Shown one piece after another: positions 9,728 through 18,389 of a stretch of DNA of 64,000 nucleotides (within the stretch, counting starts at the first letter, position 1; every line of letters begins with the position of its first letter). The notes under the pieces were generated by a model. That model was given only the letters and a program-made list of their open reading frames with translations. It ran no database searches and was not told where the DNA came from. The stretch is taken from positions 1,600,001 to 1,664,000 of the forward strand of contig OZ246001.1 of assembly GCA_965230295.1 (NCBI GenBank). Reading direction: 5' to 3'. The stretch is from Marinicella sp. GTDB taxonomy: Bacteria > Pseudomonadota > Gammaproteobacteria > Xanthomonadales > Marinicellaceae. Made by a program: the position numbers and the translations under genes.

Positions 9728-11069
9728 CAATCAACCTGCTGCGGCTGCCGATGGGGCTGGGAGCCCTGAAAATTCAGAACCGCCCAGTGATGCCATCAGA
9801 ACGGTCAATGAACAGGCTTTAAGCAGTCTGCGTCAGTTGCTGCATGACCCCAAAATTCCAACCACCGTACGCCATCAGTTACAATCTGAATACCAGAACA
9901 TCAAGCGCTTGATTGACAAGCTTGAGAACGAACAAATTCACATCGTCACTTTCGGTAAAGTCAGCACCGGCAAATCATCACTGCTCAATGCCATCAGTGG
10001 CCAAAATCACTTCAAAGTCAGCCCATTGCACGGTGAAACCAAACACACCAATCATTTGGACTGGCCCTCTTATGAACAACAGTCTGTGGTGTTGATTGAT
10101 ACACCAGGCACCGATGAATTTGATGGTGAAGAACGTGAGTTGATGGCCCAACAGGCCGCTAAACAAGCCGATGTCATTTTGTTTGTGCTGGATGGCGACA
10201 TCAGCGAGTCACAAAAACAACAGCTGGAAATCATTGCCCAACCGAATAAACCGATCATCCTGGTGTTGAACAAAGCGGATTTATATACCTATGATGAAAT
10301 TGAGCGGATTAAAAAGTCAATCGCTGAAAAGACCCAAGGGATCAACAGCCAAATCGTGGCAATATCTGCCGACCCAAGACCACGCACGCTGATTGTAGAA
10401 TTGGCCGATGGCAGCCGTCAGGAAAAGGTGGAAAAACCACCTGCGCACATTGATGAATTGAAACAATTGATTTGGGAATTGCTGGATAAAGAAGGCAAAA
10501 CCATCACCGCCTTGAATGCCAGTTTGTTTGCTGGAGAAGTGTCTGAAAATGTGGCCAAAAAAGTGATTGAAGCACGCCAACAGGCGGGGCAAAAAATCAT
10601 CCGCACCTACAGCATGGCCAAAGGCATTGGTGTGGCATTCAATCCCATTCCGGTGGCAGACTTGTTATTTGCGGCTGGTCTTGATGTGGCGATGATCAGA
10701 CAGTTATCCAAGTTGTATGGTTTGTCATTAGGGAAGGTTGAAGCCACCAAGCTGACCACTTCCATCATGGCCCAACTGGCGGTTTTGATGGGTGCCGTTT
10801 GGGGGGTTAATTTACTCTCTTCAGCGATGAAAACAGTCAGTGCCGGCTTGTCCACAACGCTCACTGCCACGGCGCAAGGCTCATTGGCTTACTATGCCAC
10901 ATATTTGGTTGGACAAATTGCTGAATATTACTTTGTTCAAGGCAACTCTTGGGGCAAAGAAGGCCCCAAAACAGTGGCCAAAAACATCGTTAAAAATCTG
11001 GACAGGAATTCGATTTTACTGGAAGCCCGGGAACAAATACTGAAAACATTGAACCGAAAGCCGTCTTAG
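9651..11069 (+). CDS. Era-like GTPase with C-terminal DUF697/YcjF-like domain
   Basis: G1 GKVSTGKS, G3 DTPG, G4 NKAD, NPIPVADL motif. Start reassigned to TTG 9651, which has GAGGA 8 nt upstream. Confidence 0.85.
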   Translation: MAHPKNWLKIWQKWRSDSAAKKAAANNQPAAAADGAGSPENSEPPSDAIRTVNEQALSSLRQLLHDPKIPTTVRHQLQSEYQNIKRLIDKLENEQIHIVTFGKVSTGKSSLLNAISGQNHFKVSPLHGETKHTNHLDWPSYEQQSVVLIDTPGTDEFDGEERELMAQQAAKQADVILFVLDGDISESQKQQLEIIAQPNKPIILVLNKADLYTYDEIERIKKSIAEKTQGINSQIVAISADPRPRTLIVELADGSRQEKVEKPPAHIDELKQLIWELLDKEGKTITALNASLFAGEVSENVAKKVIEARQQAGQKIIRTYSMAKGIGVAFNPIPVADLLFAAGLDVAMIRQLSKLYGLSLGKVEATKLTTSIMAQLAVLMGAVWGVNLLSSAMKTVSAGLSTTLTATAQGSLAYYATYLVGQIAEYYFVQGNSWGKEGPKTVAKNIVKNLDRNSILLEAREQILKTLNRKPS

Positions 11070-11087
11070 AAACGGACCTAAATAAGC

Positions 11088-11483
11088 TTATTGGCAGGAC
11101 TTAATCAGATGGTCTAATCTGAATTTTGATTTGAAATTCTTGCTGGCCAGATAGAAACCACCCACCACGGTATCTTCATGTTCATGCTGCTTAAGCCACA
11201 ATAGTTCAGCAATGACCTTGATGTATTGCTTCTCGCTTTTGCCGTTTTCGACCACCAAAGTGACTTCGAGTATCTGGTTCAAATACATCTCCTTGTTGAG
11301 CCTCAATTGCATGCCTGCTTTATTGAAATTCACGACTGTGCCAATCAATTCATGTGATTCTGAATCAAAAACCTGGATGGCATTGTTGGGCTCAATGCGG
11401 GCAGCACGCTCAACAAATGCATGGGTTTTTGCGTTCATCATTTCTGCTGTTTCTAGATTCATGTGTTGCTCCTGTTGATACAA
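11088..11483 (-). CDS. PilZ domain protein
   Basis: RAAR (RxxxR-like) followed by NFNKAGM (D/NxSxxG-like) and a beta-rich body. Confidence 0.7.
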   Translation of the reverse strand: MYQQEQHMNLETAEMMNAKTHAFVERAARIEPNNAIQVFDSESHELIGTVVNFNKAGMQLRLNKEMYLNQILEVTLVVENGKSEKQYIKVIAELLWLKQHEHEDTVVGGFYLASKNFKSKFRLDHLIKSCQ

Positions 11484-11592
11484 TTATTTTATGACAAAAG
11501 CACACCAACTGGCCAAGAAACCGGGTTAAACATTGTTACATTCTGATCATTTGGACCCGCAGGCCGCATCGGCCATCAAGTGCGCATTGATG

Positions 11593-11613
11593 AAGTAACA
11601 AATTTTGTTACTT
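11593..11613. promoter_or_regulatory. Palindromic operator candidate
   Basis: AAGTAACAAATTTTGTTACTT, a near-perfect inverted repeat between divergent genes. Confidence 0.45.
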
Positions 11614-11955
11614 TTTTTCAAAACAGGGCTACGTAATTTCCGCATTTGTATCGGAGACAACCGACACCTGGCATTCAAATTTCAACCAAATCCTGATCAT
11701 TCAATGGTTATGACTATTTTCTATATACGCAGAATAGACACTTAGCAATTTTTGCGATGAAGAATACAGTGGGGCTGTAAGTCATTGACATGTACAAATT
11801 GGATTAAGAGCGAGAAGATCCAGCTGTAAAGTCAATACCTGGAACAACCACGCGAAAGCTGACAGTCTGTTTACCAATTGATGGATTGGATTTTGTGTTT
11901 TTAAACCTTTTTTGTTCATGTTTTATCCATTAAATATGAGGAGGTAAATTCTGTC

Positions 11956-12654
11956 ATGAACAAAAATCAATCAACTAAAGTATGCAGTGCCATGGCCCTG
12001 CTGTTACTGGCTTCAGCCACAACACAAGCAGAAGTCAGCACCAATTTTTCAATGGTTTCTGACTATGTGTTCCGTGGCATCTCACAATCTCAAGAAGACC
12101 CCACGGTACAAGGTGGCTTCGACTGGGCCCATGAATCTGGGTTTTACCTGGGAACTTGGGCTTCAGGCGTTGATTTCGTCGGTGCGGGTGATGACGATGG
12201 TGCCGATGTCGAATGGGACTTGTACCTGGGTTATGGTGGCAGCATCAATGTAGATTGGAGCTGGGATGTCAGCTATGTACAGTACCTGTATCCGGGCACT
12301 GTCTCAGGCGTAGACTACGATTACGGTGAAGCCTTGGTTTCATTCGGGTATAAAGAGCTGGTGGGATTGACCCTGGGTTATGCCAATGACGTGTTCAACT
12401 CAGATGAAACGGGCATTTATTATGAAGTTTCAGGTGGTTCCGACCTCGGTTCAGATGGTTGGAGTTGGAATGCGGCTGTCGGTCATTACGATTTGGATGA
12501 CCTCAACAGCTCATACACCCATTATTCAATTGGCGTAGCCAAAGCCTTAGAGAAACTCTCCGTTGGATTGACTTTACATGATTCAGATGGCGATGATGAG
12601 TTCGGTGACATCGCTGAAGCCAGAGCCGTGCTCTCTGTATCTACCGAGTTTTGA
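11956..12654 (+). CDS. TorF family putative porin (TIGR02001-like)
   Basis: Signal peptide, SDYVFRGISQS, P.VQGGFD, GFY.G.W.S; C-terminal Phe; GAGGAG RBS. Confidence 0.9.
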   Translation: MNKNQSTKVCSAMALLLLASATTQAEVSTNFSMVSDYVFRGISQSQEDPTVQGGFDWAHESGFYLGTWASGVDFVGAGDDDGADVEWDLYLGYGGSINVDWSWDVSYVQYLYPGTVSGVDYDYGEALVSFGYKELVGLTLGYANDVFNSDETGIYYEVSGGSDLGSDGWSWNAAVGHYDLDDLNSSYTHYSIGVAKALEKLSVGLTLHDSDGDDEFGDIAEARAVLSVSTEF

Positions 12655-12689
12655 TCACAATTTTTTATGCACTCAATGAGTGTTTTGCT

Positions 12690-12729
12690 CGGCCTCATCA
12701 ACTGACCCTTGAGATGAGGCCGCTTTTTT
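12690..12729 (+). terminator. Rho-independent terminator
   Basis: CGGCCTCATC/GATGAGGCCG stem followed by a T tract. Confidence 0.7.
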
Positions 12730-12732
12730 AAT

Positions 12733-12951
12733 TCATTGTTCCAAAGGCGATTGATTTTTCAAAGCGTTGATGCGTTTGGTTTCTTCAAAATCCTTGGGGT
12801 TGTTGGCCAGAATGCGCTGAGATTTTGCGATGTCCTGCAAGCTGTCATTGATTTGTTCAGCTTGGCGCAGGATTTTATAAAAAAAGGCCGCCATCAAAAT
12901 AAACAACGACACCACCACAAACAACAGTGCCAATACATCCGGTTGGTTCAT
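12733..12951 (-). CDS. Small single-pass membrane protein
   Basis: GAGGTG RBS, N-terminal TM helix, coiled-coil-like tail. Confidence 0.6.
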   Translation of the reverse strand: MNQPDVLALLFVVVSLFILMAAFFYKILRQAEQINDSLQDIAKSQRILANNPKDFEETKRINALKNQSPLEQ

Positions 12952-13011
12952 TTGTTCACCTCAAATACAGATTGTTCAAGTATACGTCAGCCCTCTACAA
13001 TCACCAAGCCA

Positions 13012-13139
13012 TTCACTGAGCGGAGTCGACGTGTAAACCTATTTATTCCATCAAACATCAGATTGAGGCGGCTTCGACTCCGCTCAGCCAGCGGAAGACC
13101 ACATATCATCAAACCCGTTCACTGAGCGGAGTCGAAGTG
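13012..13139. repeat. Orphan cluster of three TGAGCGGAGTCGAA-core repeats (forward/inverted/forward)
   Basis: TTCACTGAGCGGAGTCGACGTG 13012-13033; GGCTTCGACTCCGCTCAGCC 13070-13089; CCCGTTCACTGAGCGGAGTCGAAGTG 13114-13139. Confidence 0.9.
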
Positions 13140-13292
13140 GACTTAGTCTGGAAACAACCCAAACCACTCATTCAACAATTAAACAAGCTCATCAAAAGTG
13201 TATTCAAAGAACTGTTTGTTTTGTGTGCAACCTATTTTTTTGCATACCAAGATGATTGATTTCTGAAGCCGACTCAGCCAGAATGACGCGCT

Positions 13293-15179
13293 ATGATTCA
13301 ATTGACCAACCTTTCTTTGCGACGTGGCCATAAAGTCTTGTTTGAAGAGGCCACATTAAGCATCCACCCAGGACAAAAAGTCGGCTTGACCGGCGCCAAT
13401 GGCACCGGAAAATCAAGCCTGTTTGCCTTGTTCATGGGTCAGTTGCAAGCCGATCTGGGTGACTGCAGCGTACCGAAACACTGGCAGATTGCTCACGTCA
13501 AACAGGAAACCCCTGCCTTGGATCAATCAGCTCTGGATTATGTGCTGGATGGTGATGTGGTGTATAGATCCATTGAACAACAAATTGAGCAAGCCACGGC
13601 CGATGAAGCCCATGAGCAATTGGGTGAGTTGTATGCAGAGATGGAACGCATAGGTGGTTATGCCGCCCATGCCAAAGCCGGTCGCTTATTACATGGCCTG
13701 GGTTTTGCCGCAGGTGAAGAATTGCATTCGGTCAAATCCTTTTCAGGTGGCTGGCGCATGCGATTGAATCTCGCCCAAGCATTGATGTGTCCCTCAGATT
13801 TGTTGTTACTCGATGAGCCCACCAACCACTTGGATCTCGAAGCTGTGGTGTGGTTACAAGATTGGCTGAAACGCTACGAAGGGACCTTGGTGTTGATTTC
13901 ACATGACCGTGACTTTCTGGATGGGGTGATAAAGTTCATCTTGCACATTGAGCATGAAAAACTCAAGCAGTACACCGGTAATTATTCAGCCTTTGAAAAA
14001 ATCCGCACCGAGCAACTGGCCTTGCAACAAGCGATGTTTGAAAAACAGCAGAAACAAATTGCCCACATGCAATCTTATGTGGACCGTTTTCGCTACAAAG
14101 CCAGCAAAGCCAAACAGGCCCAGTCTCGACTGAAGGCTTTGGAACGCATGGACACCATTGCTGCCGCTCAAGTGGAAAACCCCTTTCATTTTGAATTCTA
14201 CCCATGCCAAAATCTCAAACACCAGATCGTTGAATTGGAGCATGCCGACATCGGCTATGGCGATCACCTGGTGTTTCAAGATTTAACCTTTTCTGTGACT
14301 GCAGGTGCTCGCATTGGTCTGTTAGGCCGCAATGGTGCAGGCAAATCAACCTTGATCAAAGCCATGTCTGGAGAAAAGGAACTGCAAAGTGGTGAGCTTA
14401 AAACAGCCAAAGACCTCCACATTGGTTATTTTGCACAACACCAATTAGAACAGTTAGACCCCCAATCCACAGCGATAGAACATGTGATGCAGCTGGATGC
14501 CAAAATCAACAGCACCGCAGCCACTGAACAAGCGGTGAAAAACTTCCTCGGTGGATTTGGCTTCCAGGGAGAAAAAGCCGACACCCCGATCAAGCCCTTT
14601 TCTGGCGGAGAAAAAGCACGCTTGGCTTTGGCCCTGATTGTCTATCAGCGCCCTGACTTGTTGTTGCTGGATGAGCCGACCAACCACTTGGACCTGAACA
14701 TGCGTGACGCCATCAGTTTCGCCTTGCAAAGCTATGAAGGCGCCGTGATCCTGGTCTCGCATGATAAACACATGCTCAATTCAGTGATCGATGAAATGGT
14801 TTACATCGATCGCGGGCAGATCCACCCCTTTGATGGCGATTTGGACGGTTACCAAAGTTTCATCAAAGCACAGATCAAAGCAGCTGAAGCTGAAGAACAA
14901 GCACAATCAGGGCAAGCTGATGTGGTGTCAATCAGCAAAAAGCAAAACCACAAAGCCAACAAAGCGGCCAAGAATCGTTTGAAAAAACTCGAAAGGATGG
15001 TCGATGATTACACGCAAAAACTGGTCGATGTCACAGCCAAATTGGGATCTGAAGACATCTACGAACCGGAGAATGTCCATGAACTCACCCTCTGTTTGAA
15101 CCAGTCCAAAGAGTTAAAAATGAAACTGGATGAAGCCGAAAACGAATGGATGGTACTCAGTGAGGAGTTGGAAGGGTGA
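13293..15179 (+). CDS. yheS: ABC-F family ATPase (YheS-like)
   Basis: Two ABC domains (GANGTGKS, GRNGAGKS, two FSGG, two LLLDEPTNHLD), no TM helices, linker RFRYKASKAKQAQSR. Confidence 0.88.
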   Translation: MIQLTNLSLRRGHKVLFEEATLSIHPGQKVGLTGANGTGKSSLFALFMGQLQADLGDCSVPKHWQIAHVKQETPALDQSALDYVLDGDVVYRSIEQQIEQATADEAHEQLGELYAEMERIGGYAAHAKAGRLLHGLGFAAGEELHSVKSFSGGWRMRLNLAQALMCPSDLLLLDEPTNHLDLEAVVWLQDWLKRYEGTLVLISHDRDFLDGVIKFILHIEHEKLKQYTGNYSAFEKIRTEQLALQQAMFEKQQKQIAHMQSYVDRFRYKASKAKQAQSRLKALERMDTIAAAQVENPFHFEFYPCQNLKHQIVELEHADIGYGDHLVFQDLTFSVTAGARIGLLGRNGAGKSTLIKAMSGEKELQSGELKTAKDLHIGYFAQHQLEQLDPQSTAIEHVMQLDAKINSTAATEQAVKNFLGGFGFQGEKADTPIKPFSGGEKARLALALIVYQRPDLLLLDEPTNHLDLNMRDAISFALQSYEGAVILVSHDKHMLNSVIDEMVYIDRGQIHPFDGDLDGYQSFIKAQIKAAEAEEQAQSGQADVVSISKKQNHKANKAAKNRLKKLERMVDDYTQKLVDVTAKLGSEDIYEPENVHELTLCLNQSKELKMKLDEAENEWMVLSEELEG

Positions 15180-15192
15180 TGGTCTCCCCTTT

Positions 15193-15623
15193 TCAAACCA
15201 CCTGACAGCCTGACAAGCCCTGTTCAAAACAATCCTTGGGCAACAAACCCAATTGGCAGTACAAGCCCATAAAATCGATGTGATTGTAAGCCTGTTGGAT
15301 TTGGCCTTGGCGTATTTCCACGTGGACATTGCCTGAAAAGCTGACTGCTTGGTTGTTGGCCCGGGCTCGGGCATCAATGGTGATCAATGCAGAAATCCAG
15401 TCTCCTTGTTCTATGTGGTGATCGATTGAAATTTTAAAATCTTTCAACAGTTCACTCATGGCATGATGAAAGACTTTGAAGTCTTTAGGACCCACCAATG
15501 TTTGTTTGTCTAAACCTCGGGCACGTCCAGCATCCACAAACAACTCATCAATGGCAGCCACTTCCTGGTCCGTCCGCACACGCTGCATCCACGCTTCCAT
15601 CAAAGCCAACTTTTCTGACATCA
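15193..15623 (-). CDS. SnoaL-like/ester cyclase family protein
   Basis: NTF2-like pattern (AIDELF, GP.DF..F, DFMGLY.QLG). Start moved to MMSEK after an AAAGGG RBS-like site. Confidence 0.75.
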
Positions 15624-15708
15624 TCACACCCTTTCTGTTATTAAGGACATTTATTATGTCACAATTTACACAATTGAACAAAGGGCTGATTAGATCATCA
15701 AAAAGACA

Positions 15709-15736
15709 CTGGATACCGGCTTTCGCCGGTATGACG
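15709..15736 (-). repeat. CGTC-type REP
   Basis: Reverse complement reads CGTCATACCGGCGAAAGCCGGTATCCAG. Confidence 0.8.
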
Positions 15737-15792
15737 ATATAACCAACTCAAGTGATTTCTGAGCTTATCTTCGTTTTTGAATAAACTAAAAC

Positions 15793-16179
15793 TTATATTG
15801 ACAGCAGCTGTTCTCTCAAGGCTTTAAGATCTTCAATGATGGCTTGTTGCTCTTTGGCCAAAGGCTGATTGAATTTCTGTTCCATTGATTTCGGGTATTG
15901 GTCCAAATTAAGCTCCATGGTCTCAAGTGCCAACAATTCAGGTTCATTGACGGCTGTCAATTCAGTGTTTTGCCAAGTCAGCCATGTCAAAACGGTCAGG
16001 CAGATGGCCGCTGCAACAGCCACCAGCCCAAGTTTCGGTGCTCTGCGGTGTTGAGTGGGTTGGTTGGCCAGCAGCGTCGCCATGTTCTGACTGAAATCTT
16101 TTTCTTGAAGTCGAGCCGCTGCCTGGTCCTGAATGGCCTTGGCATCTTGTTTGAGCTGTTTCTCTAAATCTGGATTCAT
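15793..16179 (-). CDS. Putative anti-sigma factor (single TM)
   Basis: Directly follows an ECF sigma gene; cytoplasmic N-terminus, one TM helix, short periplasmic part. Start taken at MNPDLEK. Confidence 0.65.
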   Translation of the reverse strand: MNPDLEKQLKQDAKAIQDQAAARLQEKDFSQNMATLLANQPTQHRRAPKLGLVAVAAAICLTVLTWLTWQNTELTAVNEPELLALETMELNLDQYPKSMEQKFNQPLAKEQQAIIEDLKALREQLLSI

Positions 16180-16180
16180 G

Positions 16181-16735
16181 TTATTTCGCCTCCAACAACA
16201 ACCCGAGTTCACTGTTGTTGCTGAGTTTCATTTTACTTCGATGTAAATTGGTTTTCACCCAAGATTCTGACTGATTCATGATGTGTGCGATTTCTTTGAT
16301 GCTGGCTTGTTCGACATAAAAGAACCACAACACATCATAGTTCTTGGGTGAAACATCTTGTTTGATGATGTTCCAAATATTGTTCTGGTCCACAGCAAAA
16401 GGGTCTTCTTCCGTCATATACTCTTGACCAGAAACAGCCTCAATGGCCGTGTGATAAACGGTTTTCAGTTTACTGAGAATCCTTCTGGCAATGGTGAACA
16501 ACCAAGTACTGAACTGCCACTGTGCATCATAGGTTTTCAGGTACTTAAAGGCGCTGATGAAAGTTTCCTGGAGCACATCATCCGCATCGAACCTGTTCTG
16601 GCAACGGGCCAACAAATAACTGTACAGACGCGCTTGGTAAGAAGCCACCAACTGCGTGAAGCAATTGGTGGCACCTTGTTGCGCTTGTTTGATCAGTTGC
16701 TGTTCAGTCACAGACCGATCCTCAATCGAAATCAA
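16181..16735 (-). CDS. ECF sigma-70 family RNA polymerase sigma factor
   Basis: DADDVLQETF, FSTWLFTIAR, region 4 IKEIAHIM...VKTNLHR. Confidence 0.92.
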   Translation of the reverse strand: MISIEDRSVTEQQLIKQAQQGATNCFTQLVASYQARLYSYLLARCQNRFDADDVLQETFISAFKYLKTYDAQWQFSTWLFTIARRILSKLKTVYHTAIEAVSGQEYMTEEDPFAVDQNNIWNIIKQDVSPKNYDVLWFFYVEQASIKEIAHIMNQSESWVKTNLHRSKMKLSNNSELGLLLEAK

Positions 16736-17618
16736 CCTCAGGAATCATGCTCATTGGAAACCCAGTGCTGATCAACAAGTCATTTCCCTGGTTACTGATA
16801 GACAGTCCAGACATCAAAGCAGCCAATACTGGTTTGTCATCATTCATGTTTGATAATGCATTCATGGCAATCAAACCATTGATCACTTGCTCCAACTGTT
16901 TTGCTGTGGCTTCGTCTGCTGTAGACAGTGCGGCGTCAATACTCAGGTTTTGCTCAGCTTCATACAAACTGGCTGAGAACTGTGTGACTTTTTGGAACAC
17001 CGCTGAATTGAATGGCCTGCTGTTGCTCTTCAAGTCTGCACCCATATGGGCCATGGCAGATTCAATGTTGACCAACAATGACACCATGCCTGAATTGTTC
17101 AGATCATATGTGCTGTAACTGTCAGCAGCCCAATTTTTGACTTCTGCTTCATCGAAACTCACCACAATGGTTTCATCGCTCAACTTGGTGCTAAAAAAAG
17201 ATTTGGTTTTGTTGTCACCACTGACTCTGAATTCTTCGACCACTTGCCCATTGTGTTTATAGGTGTTAAACAAACCCACATTGATGTCTTTGTCTGATTC
17301 GACCAAATACATCAAATTATTGATGAAGTCATTCAAGGTGAATTGACTGAAATCACCATGGAGAACCAATGATAAATCATCTTCTGCTTCACTGTGTCCA
17401 TAGGCCGTGATTTGCTTCACTTCATGAGGCAGGTGTTCGTTGATGGAAAAATCTGCGTGTGCCTCTTTGTGTTGAGGAATCAAAGGGACTATCTTGGTAC
17501 GTACTTGCTCAACATCCACAGAAAAATACCAATTGGCCTCATCATATGGGCTGGCCTGGGTGTTGATTGACAAGGCCAATGTGGCCATTAAAAATAGGTT
17601 GGTTAATGTTTTTTTCAT
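16722..17618 (-). CDS. Secreted hypothetical protein, first gene of the ECF operon
   Basis: Sec signal peptide (MKKTL...TQA); overlaps the sigma gene start. Confidence 0.8.
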   Translation of the reverse strand: MKKTLTNLFLMATLALSINTQASPYDEANWYFSVDVEQVRTKIVPLIPQHKEAHADFSINEHLPHEVKQITAYGHSEAEDDLSLVLHGDFSQFTLNDFINNLMYLVESDKDINVGLFNTYKHNGQVVEEFRVSGDNKTKSFFSTKLSDETIVVSFDEAEVKNWAADSYSTYDLNNSGMVSLLVNIESAMAHMGADLKSNSRPFNSAVFQKVTQFSASLYEAEQNLSIDAALSTADEATAKQLEQVINGLIAMNALSNMNDDKPVLAALMSGLSISNQGNDLLISTGFPMSMIPEVDFD

Positions 17619-17738
17619 ATCATGCTCCGATTCAATACTATTAGATATGAAAACTTATAGGCTTGGTAACTGCCAAAGGTTACAAATATGTGAAATTAAT
17701 TTCGTTCGCTTAGACGCAAGAAAGCTGCTGAGCCAGTA

Positions 17739-17755
17739 GGTGAGCATAGCGAATC
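17739..17755 (+). repeat. GGTGAGCNNAGCGAATC dispersed repeat copy
   Basis: GGTGAGCATAGCGAATC; related copies at 27744-27761 and 38710-38726 (reverse complement). Confidence 0.65.
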
Positions 17756-17784
17756 ACCACAAAGCGAATTTCAGTGAGCAGTTA

Positions 17785-17865
17785 GGCTTCGACTCCGTTT
17801 GTTATGAGTTGGCTGAATGTCTCAGCCTGCAAGACACCCGTTCACTGAGCGGAGTCGAAGTGAAC
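17785..17865. repeat. Left 81-bp repeat block flanking the GIY-YIG gene
   Basis: GGCTTCGACTCCG[23-nt insert]CTCAGCC followed by GTTCACTGAGCGGAGTCGAAGTGAAC. Confidence 0.9.
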
Positions 17866-17931
17866 TTGAGTGAAACACTAATTTCAGTATCTCTGATATG
17901 TTAAAGTAAATGAGTCTATAAGGAATTGATT

Positions 17932-18246
17932 ATGAATGGATACGTTTACATACTCGAATGCAGTGATGGCAGTTTTTATACTGGCAGCACAAAAGATATT
18001 GAGCAACGTATCTGGCAGCATCAGAATGGACAAGGTGCAAAATATACCCAAAAAAGGCTGCCTGTAAAACTTGTATATATTGAACATTGTTTTAGAATCG
18101 ATGATGCTTACCACAGGGAAGGACAAATAAAAGGATGGAGCAAGAAGAAGAAACTGGCTTTGATAAACAATAATTTAGAAGCTCTAAAAGCCTATTCCAT
18201 TTGTTTGAATAACAGCCATCATATGAACCAAGATCCCATTGATTAG
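17932..18246 (+). CDS. Stand-alone GIY-YIG nuclease (UPF0213/YhbQ-like)
   Basis: GYVYILECSDGSFYTGST...R..QH..G.GAKYT..R.PV.LVY.E....A..RE.QIKGWS..KK; AAGGA RBS before ATG 17932. Confidence 0.93.
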   Translation: MNGYVYILECSDGSFYTGSTKDIEQRIWQHQNGQGAKYTQKRLPVKLVYIEHCFRIDDAYHREGQIKGWSKKKKLALINNNLEALKAYSICLNNSHHMNQDPID

Positions 18247-18248
18247 CA

Positions 18249-18375
18249 GGCTTCGACTCCGCTCAGCCAGCGGTAATCCCTAATCTAAACTTTTGGCTTC
18301 GGCTCCGTTTGTCATGAGCATGTCGAATGGCTCAGCCAGCGCGATTTCCGTTCACTGAGCGGAGTCGAAGTGAAC
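18249..18375. repeat. Right repeat cluster: simple inverted copy plus 81-bp block
   Basis: GGCTTCGACTCCGCTCAGCC at 18249-18268; block 18295-18375 is a direct repeat of 17785-17865. Confidence 0.9.
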
Positions 18376-18389
18376 ATGAGGTTTGTTCA

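Noticed and set aside
17840-17865. Hammerhead ribozyme or kink-turn (CUGA...GAA)
   Set aside because: There is no three-stem junction or complete CUGANGA/GAAA core, and copies occur on both strands.
17785-18375. CRISPR array
   Set aside because: The repeats alternate in orientation, spacing is irregular, and there are no cas genes.
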